64,000 nt of DNA from assembly GCA_030704615.1 (NCBI GenBank), contig CM060731.1, forward strand, positions 38,564,001 through 38,628,000. Reading direction: 5' to 3'. Both the position numbers and the translations under genes were made by a program. The notes under the pieces were generated by a model. It was given only the letters and a program-made list of their open reading frames with translations. It had not been told where the DNA came from and made no database searches. Origin of the DNA: Takakia lepidozioides (Eukaryota > Plantae > Bryophyta). This document shows, piece after piece, positions 26,759 through 38,380 of this stretch (position 1 is its first letter; each line of letters begins with the position of its first letter).

Positions 26759-29504
26759 TAAGTAGACACAGGACGAAGTTGAAGGAAGTGAAGTGAGCGG
26801 AGCAGCACGATGGGATAACGACGATCTTGGCGGCTTGTGTGAGTCAGCCTGAGCACAGCCATTTGTGAGTAGTCACAGTACTCATGTGACTTGGGCTACA
26901 GTGAAGTTGAGATGTTGTGAAAGCTTTCACAGCACAACACACATCTGTGTGGGCTGCCGCGTTTCCTTGCTTCCTTTTTGGGCTCCGCTGCTTTGCTTGC
27001 GACTCTCTCCACACTGCCACACTGCCTCTGCAACCCACAGTCACATGAATCCAAATTTCCTATTGAGCTCGGGCTCATAACTTAGACTTCTCATCATCGT
27101 CGTCAGCATCATCATCCATTCTGTACCAAAGATCCAAAGATCCAACCTCGAAAAAGCCCTCTGCTGGGAGATTCTGTTCGTTCAACTTCATCCTAAACCC
27201 CAAGCCCTAATAAGCCCTATCGGGAGTCTGAACCAGTTGGTCTGAACAGGTGGGGCAGAAAAGGTGGGCACTGGCAGAGATATCTGCCAAGTATCTCTAG
27301 TAATGCAACACGTTTTCCACATGAGAAATACAGTGTCTGGCTGCAATTGGGCATGTGGCAGCAGGCTATTGTTGCTCTTACACCTATCATGACTAATCTG
27401 TTCTTTGATAATTGGCGATAAGTAATGAGCCTCAATTATTGTTACTAGACGTGCGCGACTTGAGTATCATTGTAAACCTTGTTGACATTGTTAACCTTCC
27501 GTCGCGTTGTAAACCTTACGTCGCGTTCCTCAACAACTTTACATGGAGCTTCCACCGCCATTGTGAGGCGACAATGGCTCGGGGGTAGCCCATCTTTCAA
27601 CCAAGACATGGGTGCTTTTGCGCCGCTCTTCCAACCATTCTTGCATGTTTTTTGGGCATGCTCAAATTCACGAGGTATGCGTCCGTCCTAATATATATGT
27701 GCGGAAAAGGATTCGGCTTTGTCGTAACGCTGGCCATCCAGACTTTAACATAATACATTCCCGCTGGAGTACAGGTGCTGCCAGGCAGTAGTCCGTTATG
27801 TTATCAGCTACCAAACAAAAGATACAAATTAAAAAATCCTGATGCATTAGGTGGGTTGTGCCATTTGGGTCATTCACGTGTGGGTGTGTCTGTCTATATA
27901 TACACAGTGGCGTACCTAGTCTGCCACTATAATTTTGCTTGTCTCTCACTCTTCTTATTCTTCTTTTTGCAGGGAAAGCTCTTATTCATTCATACCATTC
28001 CTATCATTCCGGAAAGGGAACAGTGAACTGGTTGAGTTTGACCTGCCCATGTGTTGCCTCCACCCCACTCTGGACAACTACAGTAACTGCAAGATCTGAA
28101 CTACTGTATGTTGGTACACACTGGAGAGATGTCACTCTGACACATGAATCCAAGCCAGTTCTGATCCATTTCAATCACCCCAGTCGATGCAGCCTAGTCT
28201 ATTTGACGGTTGAGCTATGACTGCAAAAAAGGTGTTGTCCAAAAGTTTCTGTCTACCCCAATTGAATCAAATTGTGCTCATCATTTTGAACTTTTGAACC
28301 TTGTCACATGGGCTAGTTTGTAAGGGGTCTGCTTTGTGACCAAGTCACTGTTTCCCAACTCTGGGGAAAGAAAAAGCGAAAAGAAGAGCATAGAACACAT
28401 CTATGACAAAGAGCAGGCATGTACACAGAGCCTGAGAGAGTGGGGCCCAAAAGGCAGAGGAGGAAGCCCAACAAGCAATGGCCTTATGGGCTTAACGCTT
28501 TGCGCACACACACACACACACACACACCACTCTGTTATGCAGTTATGCAGATATGCAGCACCAATCATAGTGTCATTTGCCGCCCGGCCTTTTATATATC
28601 ATCCAGCCGTTGTGGTTGGAAGAATAGAAGGAAAATAATTGCTTCGCAATTTTTGATTCGTTTCATGTTGTACTAGTCACCGATAGAACTAGGGCTATGC
28701 ATTGCTCCGCACTACTAGTGACGACTGGATGATCCGTCCAACTGAGCTTTTCACATATCTCAAACTGGTAAGCCCTAGTGACCAAGGTCCTTTCTAGGGC
28801 TGGGTGGATATTTAGCTTACGTCATATCCTACTGTAATTTTTGAGAACCCGGTTAAATGGGATCCGTTCCCACGGATATTAGGTCCGGAATCAGAGATCC
28901 TCCCTCTCCTTTTGTTGACATTCCGGAAATTTGCATAAAGTTATGGTATCTGAAAATTGCTGGCGAAATTCAGTAAACAATTTGATTAGTAGATGTCTAC
29001 CCAAATTCTAAAAACCTTGACACCTCAAAGAAATTAGGTTGCGCCGCTGAGTTCCTTCAGTGCCTTATGGCCTGAAAAGTATATAAGTTTTTTGCTAGTC
29101 AAAGACTTAGCACTACTATCTTGAGCAAAATAACTAGAACGTCGGAACTAGCAACCTTAACTAGCAATAAATTTCATAATTTTTGGTGAGATATATATCC
29201 TTTATTACTGGATCCTTATGTCCAGAATATTTCCAAACCCTAAAATCAGAGTGTAAAACAGTTTAACCCTATTTTCCAAATATCCAAATGATGGATGAAA
29301 AATTCCAAATTCAGAATTCCGAAATGAGATTTTGGGCAAATACTGATTATCCAATGGGTGACCAATGCATAGTAAGCAAATATTGATGTACTGTATCGTA
29401 GGTTTTTATGTCCCATTGGAGTGTGGTACACTGGGCCAGCCCTGTCTTGACTGTGTGCACCACCTTTCCATGTCACCCCTACCTAACTTACTTCTATTCC
29501 CGCT

Positions 29505-30100
29505 CTTCACCCACAACCAATGCTTTCCGCAAACCAACTTTTGTTTGTCGAGCAAAATGCGATTTTCTGAACTGAGTCTTCACCCACAACCAATGCTTCC
29601 GCAGACAGATTTTCGTTTGTGGAGCAAAATGCGATTTGCTGAACTAAGCTTCACCCACAACCAATCCTTTCTGCAAACCGTCCTTTGTTTGTGCATTTGT
29701 AAGAGAAATCCTCCTATGCATATCATATCGGGATTTGGCATAATGGGATAAAAATGCGAGTTCCCGGACCTGCAAAACTTATAGGTCCATAGAAAATCCA
29801 CATTTTTTAAGGAATGTCAAACTAGTCCTTCATTCATCATGCAAAAGCTACCTATTTCACAATTGTAACTTTGTCCCATTTGTAAGAGAAATCCTCATAT
29901 GCGTTTATGCATTTTGGGCATAACAGGATTAAAATGCGATTTGCCAAACGTGCAAAACATACTGGTCCATAGAAACTCCACACTTTCTAAGGAATCTCAA
30001 ACTAGTCATTCATATCATTCAAAAGCTAGCCTCTTTTACAATTGTATCTTTGTTTGTTTCTAAGACATCCCCCTATGCGTTCATACTCGCAACGGGATTT
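29505..30100. repeat. Two adjacent tandem repeats: ~72-bp unit (CTTCACCCACAACCAAT...) x~2.5, then ~180-bp unit (CATTTGTAAGAGAAATCCTC...) x~2
   Basis: Unit starts visible at about 29505, 29578 and 29650, and at about 29694 and 29877. Confidence 0.75.
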
Positions 30101-32925
30101 GGCGTAAAAGGGGTAAAAATGGGCACCGGACAGTTCGTTGCAAGCATCACATCTCATATTCTCATTGATAGAAAGACCTTTGATAGACATACAACTGACT
30201 ACAAATCGAGCGAAAGTGAGTGGGCACCCACTAAATGGTGTGCTAAATGTGCGTCGTTCATATTAAGTTGGCAGACTCTCACTTAGTGGGGCCGGAGAAA
30301 TGTGACATTTTCATCCATGTTCATCCCGTGAAGCCCCATAGTTTTTTGGTTTTTTTTTTTTAGGCAACAGGGGGATTGTATCCCTGATTGACTTCATTAT
30401 AAAAAATCTATTTCAAGTTTTAAAACAAGACCAAAGCCAGAAAATAATTCAAAATAAGAAAAAAAATAAAAAAAATAGATTCTACGGAAACGTGCGAAGC
30501 GAGGGCGGCTCGAATTATAGACCGCGGGGTCGGTCGGAGGCGGGACTGATGGACAGGGAGCCGCGGACGGTCGTCCGGTCCCGCACGGGTGCCAGTCATG
30601 AGCCCGGGCTGTTACGCTGCGCCCACCGGGTGTGGCCCCCCGGGCCACCGGGCGTCCCGGTCGCCGAGATGTGACGGGGAACCATCCACTGCCTATCCTA
30701 CGGCGAATGAGCAGTCGACGTAACGTCCGTCCGTTCGTCCGTCAGACATCAACGGTCGTTGGTACCGTGCCCCGTGTCCAGGACACGCGTGGATTGCCAA
30801 ATGCGATCGCGCCGTCTGCCGTAATGCGATTGCAGTATTACCCGGAGAGTCTTCCTCTTTCCAGAAAATTATCTTTCCACTCTTCCTTTGCATTAAATTA
30901 AAATATAAAGAAAAACAACTCCTGGAAATCTTTAGTCATTTTTATTTAGTATATTAATTTCTGTTACTCTTTTGGATTAGGTAAAAGAAAAGACACACTG
31001 GCAGGAGGAAGACAATGGTGAAGTTACAGATGAATGAGAGTTTGAGATGGGATGAATGTGGGAAACCGAGCATTCAGGTCTTGGCCACGTGCGTGATGGC
31101 GCCGTTGCGTCTGCTACTCTTTATTGCTCGTCTTGGTCGCTCTGTCTGTGTCCTGTTTGAATACAGACACGTTGAAATCGAAGAAGGCGTGCGGAGGGAT
31201 GTGATGCTCCCACATAGTCTGCTATAAAGCTTTTGTCCAGATCTTTCACTTCAGTCTTAATTGTTCACATGCTCGTGAGAGGCACGGTTGTGCCCGCATT
31301 CTCTCGATACCGAAGTGGGAGGCATTGCAAACTTGATTAATGCTGTCGAGATCAAAGCTGGAGGTTGTCCAAATTCTCTTGCAAGTTGCAAGCCAGCAGG
31401 GTTGGGTACTCTAAACTTCATTGCCTCTAATAGGCTGAAGGTATTCAATGTAGTCTTTACGCACATTCTCCTCCTCTCGCCAAAAGGTGAGCTGTAAATT
31501 CTCACATTTTCGGTGGCTCGTCGCAATGGGTTCCATCTTGGACATTTGAAAGCTGAAGGTGCACAACTAAACTTTAGACGTGACACTGTTCTCTTCCCAG
31601 GGAACCCGGGCCCGTTCTCATCAGCAAGTCCCGCTAGTAGGATGGGACCTCTCAGCCCACCTCCGGGCCCCGGGGAGGTTGCATGTGCTGGTGTACCCTT
31701 CACCCACCTGCAGTTGTGAGCTACTGTTTCATAATCTGGGTTGGGGAAGTTGCAAACCATTATTATTATAACTATGATTGACCCTTTCCATTAAAAGCGT
31801 TACTGGGTGTTTTGTTAAAAAGTCTTATCCATATCGCTTCACTCGAGGACCTACAAAAGCTTCCCACTAATTCTTCTGATCAGCAGAGTAATTAGTGGCA
31901 TACTTATACCTAAATATTCTACGTATCCATTCAATCATCGCCCTCGCTCGAGTGTATTGGAAGAGCTTGATGGGCGAACAGATTACTTAGGACCTGGCAA
32001 AAACAGTAGCATTCCTCTTTTCTGGGGTTGAACCTGTCTGCTTTTGTACTTCAAGATTCGAGCGGTACCCAAACTCGGCAAAGACTCTCTGACCAATGTA
32101 TAATTTAGATCTTTCTTGGGCTTGGTGATAGGTGGGGTGATGGAAGCACAGCCATATTTAAATCACGCTTCAGGACGATCCCATTGACTGCCTACATGAG
32201 GCTAAAGTTTTTGTTTTGCTTGAGCTCCTGAAAATGTAAGTGCGGAGAGGAATTCCGTTTAGCCATGCATCTAAATTGCTTACTGATCTGGCAAGAACCT
32301 CTGAAGTACCTCTGTAGTACTAGAATTCTCAAGAGCGAATAAATTCAGTGGCCGTGGAGTGTACAACTAGTGCATCAAGTTCTATTGCAATCAACTAGGT
32401 ACTGACTTACTGACGAAATCTCTTATCTTACTCAATCCATGGTCCTATTTGTCAACTGGTGATATGCAAACAAGGCTACGATCAAGACATTGGCAGTCCC
32501 TTAATGAAATCACCTGGCGAGCACCAAATTGTTTATTGCTGGAAAGGAATCGCTGAGCTAGTGGTACATAAGGCTCTCTCTCATCTCAGCTTCGAAGATT
32601 TATTGCAGCAAATTACCTCCCTCAAATCGGGTCTAGGCTCTCTTCAACACCACGTCTGCTCACAAAAGAACCTGAAGACATGTAAAGAATGCCGAAGAGA
32701 GGGAGGGGGCATGGCTTCCATTCAAAGGAAACGAGCTGCAGTTGCGTGATGGACCGGGGGGCCTGCAGCAGTAAGCAAGGACGCTCAATCAGAGGGAAAG
32801 TTCAAAGAGCTGTGCAGCGGTCCTTCCCTTTCATTCCCCTCACACTCGGCGGAGGCGCCGGCGCAGCCTCCCTCACCCACGTACCCTCCCCCGCTCCCCC
32901 TCCCGCGCCCGCGCTGCTCTCGTAC

Positions 32926-33063
32926 ATCCATTCTGTGGCCGAAACGACTGGGGTTAGGTGCCCATAACTGGATTCTGTTAGTCGATCTATCCATTCGGTG
33001 GCCGGAACGACTGGGGTTACGTGCCCATAACGGGATTCTGTTAGTCGATCTATCCATTCTGTG
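32926..33063. repeat. Tandem repeat, 63-bp unit x~2.2
   Basis: ATCCATTCKGTGGCCGRAACGACTGGGGTTASGTGCCCATAACKGGATTCTGTTAGTCGATCT repeated. Confidence 0.9.
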
Positions 33064-34707
33064 CAATCTGTAGACATATAAAGTACTTGCTACCTTAGTT
33101 TGTGATGGCTGGCTTCATTTGCATATTTCCGTCCCTTTCTCCTTTGTTTTGCGGACGTTATAAAGCACCATTCCATTCCATTCCGTTGCTTTTTAATGGT
33201 GGTTGGCATCCACGAGCGGAACTCTATATAGATCTGTCACAACAATTTCATGTAGCAGCCGGAGTCCTGTCGATGTCCAGTATATTTGCAAACTTGTAGT
33301 AGCACGTCAATGTGACCGGACCGAACTTTGCAACCATGAAAAATATATATATAATTGAAAAACTTCGATTGGAATGCAACAAATAGCTATCAGTTGGGTC
33401 CAACAAGTGGGTCCATTGTCCGGTGTTGTCAATTGGTACCAATGGTTGCTGACGTCCGGGCTGTCTCTAGTCCACCATTCGGGCCTTTTTGTACGTATGC
33501 GGAGTCATGTGGAGTTCGTCACAATGTTTGTTTTCAGAACATTGAAGAAAGAAGACTGTGAACGAGGAATGATTAGTTGCGTTGGTGTGATGCCAAAAAG
33601 ACTCGGTTTTGCAATAGATAAATCGGAGAATGGTCGTCGACTCCGACAAGCATAGCCCAGCACAATCACTTGACATAACATGCAGAGACAGAGATTTGAA
33701 AAATGAAAGTGCACTGCACTGTTGTGGTGTTGTAGGAACATGCTTCCTTTTCTTCTCCCACAAAACATGGTTTACAGTACTTTAAAGCGAATCGTCCGAC
33801 GCGGTACTCACATGACAACACACCCCCTTCCCCGAATTGTTTTTTGCGGCCCCTAACCCCTTCTCAAGGGCTTGGTCCAATGCTATGTTTGCGGCATATA
33901 TCGATTTCGTTCTATGCACAATTTTCCGCCAAGGTGTGCGGAGTTACTTCGGACTAGATGATATACCATATCCGTCGTCTCCACCATAAAGACATTTAAA
34001 TTTTGTCCGACCTAGCTTTCATCTACATAGTAGATTCCACATTTTACATCCAAAAATGTGGCAGTTAACGCTGAGAAGTTCAGAGACTCATCCATCTGGG
34101 CGACGAGAAAAAATACTGGGCATCTTTTACACAGGAGGCTGCATCCTTCAGAGCGAACGGCTGAGATGAGCGGAGATGGACGGTATGTGGGAAGAAACGT
34201 GGACGCAGGCAGCACCGCGCAGGCGAAGGGGAGGAGGCAGAGTACAAGAGAGCGAAGAGCGCGATGGATGCTGCCCGAATTATTTTATGAATGTGAGTTC
34301 ACCTGCCTTGGGTAACAAGAGGGCGGTGAAATCTGGAGCTGCAATCTGCTGCTGTGGCATTTCTATGTCCGAAGCTCGCAGCTCAAGATTTGCGAGAGAG
34401 AGACAGAGAGAGATCGATGGGTGTTTGCATGGAGTTTGCATGAGCTTGGGCACTGGACTGCTGGAGCTGCTGCTGCTAATTCCCCGATCTGACAATGCTC
34501 GAGCCCCATCCCGCTGTTATTAGTTTGACGTCGCCTCCAGCTCTGCTGGGTGTGTTGTCTTAGAGGACTGTCGTAGACATTGATTGTTTGCAATAGTTGC
34601 AGGAGCTGTGCCGCTGAAGAGTTTGGTAGATAGAGCCATAGCGAAGGTTGGAGGAGAGAGAGAGGGGTAGAGCATAGGCGGGGGTGTAGAACATTGTTCC
34701 GCTCCCC

Positions 34708-34838
34708 TATAAATTCTTGTAAGCAGCTGCACGCTGGTTGGGAGGAGTGAGAGGTGTTCAGATGCTTTTTCTCGGGACAGGTTGGTGCAAAGGCAGTTGT
34801 GAAAGCGCGCGTTCTCTCTTTCTCTCTCTCTCTCTCTT
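34708..34838 (+). promoter_or_regulatory. Candidate core promoter of the bHLH gene: TATA box and CT-rich Y-patch
   Basis: CCCCTATAAATT with TATA at 34708, then a (CT)n tract at about 34812-34838, upstream of the ATG at 34999. Confidence 0.45.
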
Positions 34839-34998
34839 ATTGTGTGCTAGGCACCTGAGCGTGTGAATTGGCTGCTGCGGACAAGGTCCTGTTGTGGATC
34901 GCACTTCATCTGTACCTGCACTGGGATTGGAGGCCTGATAGCACCTCAGATTCAATTGTAGGTTCAAGTGCTCCCTTTCGACTTTCGACCTCCACATC

Positions 34999-37900
34999 AT
35001 GCCTTCACACCGCAGTGACTATCCGGGCACTGCACTGCAGTTGCATACTCTCCTCCCCTTCGCTAAGACCTGCACACCACGGACAGACCTTAGTTTCGAT
35101 AACCTGTCGTATCCTCAGACACCACAAGTAGACGCGAGCGACAGTTCCTTACGTGTCTCTGGGCAGTCCGCAGGGGAATGCCGGCCCTCTCTGTTGGATG
35201 TTCAGCAGCCGTCAGAAAGACGAATGGGTGCGGCAGATGATGTGGACATGGATACTCTACTTCAGCTGGGAGACCTTCAAGAATGGTGGCCACATATTGG
35301 GAATGGCTCTGAGGACAAACCTTCGATCAGCACAGACATCAACCTTCCAAACCAGCGTAAGTTTCTACAGAAACAGTCGAATTTGAAATTGGAATGAGGT
35401 TGAGAGTAAAGATCGGGGCCTGGAAGCAAATGGACAGAGGTAGAGAGTCTCATTATGATTGAGAAAAAGAAGCTTGCGTTTCCTGGAATGGTGTATTGAT
35501 CGGGCGTGCGCCAGTCAGTCAGGCATGCTCGGAGGATGCCCGAATGTTGGGGCTCTCAGAGGAGCAAGACCCTGTATTGATCCTTGTCGGCTATGATGTA
35601 AGCGGAACAGATAGTGATGTACACATATGTGCCCTGAAACGAAAGCTAGACATTGCCAGGAGTTCACCATGCTTAACCCCCGCAGCAACTCCCAGGGCTG
35701 ATGGACAGACCTCTACGGTACACCAAAAATTGGCCATGCCAGATGGTCACAAGATTTCCTCCAGTCAGTATTGGGAGGAGCTATTGAACCCACATTCAAT
35801 AGAGATTTGCTCTTGTGCCTAACGTACCCGTGGTGTAATCGTCAACTCGTGAACATGGTCCAGCAGAAAATCAGGCAGCTCCAATCCTGTACTCATCCAC
35901 GTGCTCAATTCGAGATGTTTTGTTGAGAGATTTGTGGTATAGAGAGTCTTGGTTAACTTCGCAGATTAAGGGCCGCCGTCACCCTGGCCCAGCCAACTAG
36001 TGGCAGACTAGGCCTGCGACAGCAACCTCATAGATCATGTCAGCATTTCCAGTTATGTACATTACTAATTAGTGGTGACAAATTGTAATGCTGAGACTCG
36101 TTGTGCTCAGGTCGCACTCCGGTTCCATACAGGTTTATCATTGTAGTCCGATATACAAGGCTCATCCGGATCATAACCTCATGATTTAGAACTGTATAGG
36201 ATCTTGTGCACCGAAGAGAAAGTTGATGTTGGAAGCCTGTAGTTCTCTTCAGGTGAAACACTAGTGTAATACACTTTGCGCTCTCTCTCTCTCTAGGTCC
36301 ATGCATGCTGTAAGCTGTGGTCATGACGTTATCGTGAATCCATCTTTGGATTTCAGATGGGTGTGAAGATAGGCCCAGCAACGTGGTCTTCATGCACGAT
36401 TTGGGAAGGGACGAGCAAACTTTTGATCTGCAGTCTTGGTGTGCACCCTCTAATGGCGTGCAAAGTCTGTCCAAGACTACAGCTCCCAAACCATTGTGTA
36501 TAACCCCCAAGCTGAACCTGGCCACAGCGGTGGAGCCTCTGACTCCGACTATTGAGAGCGCTATGGGGGAGAAGGGGGCCCCAGTGAGTCCACCCGCCAA
36601 TGCTGGTGATTGTACTTCAACAAAAATATCAGTAGAGAAACACTTGGGTGTCCAAAAGAAGTGGACCGGTAAGAGACCTGTGTCACAGCGAGAAAGCCAC
36701 ATTTGGTCGGAGAGACAGCGCCGTAAGGGCATGAACCACTTGTTCTCAACACTGCGCTCACTTCTCCCTCAACCCACCTCCAAGGTAAACTGAGAAACCT
36801 TAGCGTTGGCAACGAACGTTTCCTCCCTAATCTATCTTGTGCCTTTTTCTCTTTGGTTGGTGCGGGGAGGGGGGATGGGATGGAAAACGGAAGAACCGTG
36901 TAGAGGGGGTGAGAGTTTTAAGTCTGATTGCTTATGCTGGCAATGCTATGTTTTTTGTCCGAGGTCTTATTGCAGACCTACATACGAGCAGAGATCTGTC
37001 AACTCAGTATGTGCATGATCATGTTCTTTCAACTGGGGGAGAGTATGATCCGTCTAGTCTCCTCTGAACTCAAACCTTCAGACTGTGGATGCTGGCTCTC
37101 TGTAATGGGACGTTGATGGCCACTTCCACGAGATCAGGAGGTTAAATTGTGGGTAGTCCCAGACAGATTCAAGATAGAGTAGAGTAGGTAGCGATATTAG
37201 TCAGATACATCCTGAAGTCAACCTAAGATCAAAGGATCTTCCACAGCAACTCACTATGGGCTCGCCGATGATCATGTAAGAAGAAAAGTTAAGTGCTACT
37301 CACGCTCAGGTATTGAAGATCCCAGTCACATCATCACTGATCTCCAGTAAGATGGACATAATTTGCAAAGAACAAACTCAGACCTGCTTACCTGGCATAT
37401 ACGAATCAGCTGTCTGAAAGACTAGAGCTCTTGAAGTTGTAGATCCAAAAGTTGAACAGCAGTCATAGAAATCTCCAAGCTACTGCCATTTGTCCCTCTG
37501 TGTAAGTGCTTGTTCCAGTTACTTCCTGATAGAACATGTATGGTGTGGTAAGATAAACCCCTCTCAGATTCTCTTTGTTCTAGGCTCTACATAGTGAGAA
37601 ATGTGGGGACATCTTGGCCATGGATGAAATTGTGTACAGGTGCCCTGTGTGACAGCTGGAACATTCTGCCCAAAACCATAGTTGTATGCATAGATCCGGT
37701 TTATGTTTTCTCTGGTATGTTCAATTGCCACGGACCACAATTTTTCTCAACTTGTGAATAGTACTTCTTATTCATGAGCCTTGCCATATGTAAGTTTTTA
37801 CTTCATGATCTCATGCTGGAGAACCACTGTGGCTGGGGTGGGGCAGACAGACAAGTCAACAGTTGTCTCCGAAATTATCAACTACATAAAAGCATTGCAA

Positions 37901-38380
37901 TTGAAACTGGAGAGCCTCAGTAGGAGGCGTGCTCAGGTTCTGGCAAGTAGATGCCATCGAACAGCCGTGCTTCACCCCACTGAGAATATTGCTAAGCCAT
38001 CTCCATCCAATGGACGGTCTCTTGCAGAGGTCAACACAGTGGACTCTATTGCCATCACAGCGTTGGCACCCTTACAGAAGCTGCCTGGAGCTGCTAGCCA
38101 TCAAAACCAGAGTGAGTCCTGCCTTCAATCTTTCCTGGGAGCAAATGTGGGCCTCCATATCTGTGGAAGCAATGCGTTCATCACCATTAGTAGCCCTCGG
38201 GGACAGCGGGGTCTCTTTCAAAGAATTTTGGTGACATTGCAAAATCACCAACTGGACGTGGTGAATGCCAATATCTCCACCAGCAAAGCCTCCATCTTCC
38301 ATTGTTTGCATGTCCAGGTACGTCTAGGGCTTCTGGCAGACCACATCATATCATACAAATTTCTCTCCCATTCTGTCTGA
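34999..38380 (+). CDS. bHLH transcription factor, subfamily Ib / ZHOUPI(RGE1)-like, with ACT-like C-terminal domain (exons 34999-35356, 36357-36784, 37847-38317; terminal exon uncertain)
   Basis: Spliced bHLH reads ESHIWSERQRRKGMNHLFSTLRSLLPQPTSK|TDKSTVVSEIINYIKALQLKLESL. ACT-like region NVGLHICGSNAFITISSPRGQRGLFQRILVTLQNHQLDVVNANIS. GT-AG junctions keep frame. A donor at 38318 (GTACGT) suggests a further exon; read-through would stop at 38380. The start could be ATG 34999 or 35224. Confidence 0.85.

Noticed and set aside
31257-31760. 167-aa minus-strand ORF
   Set aside because: No motif, splice context or homology that I can recognise.
36040-36732. 230-aa minus-strand ORF
   Set aside because: Antisense shadow of bHLH exon 2 with no recognisable domain.
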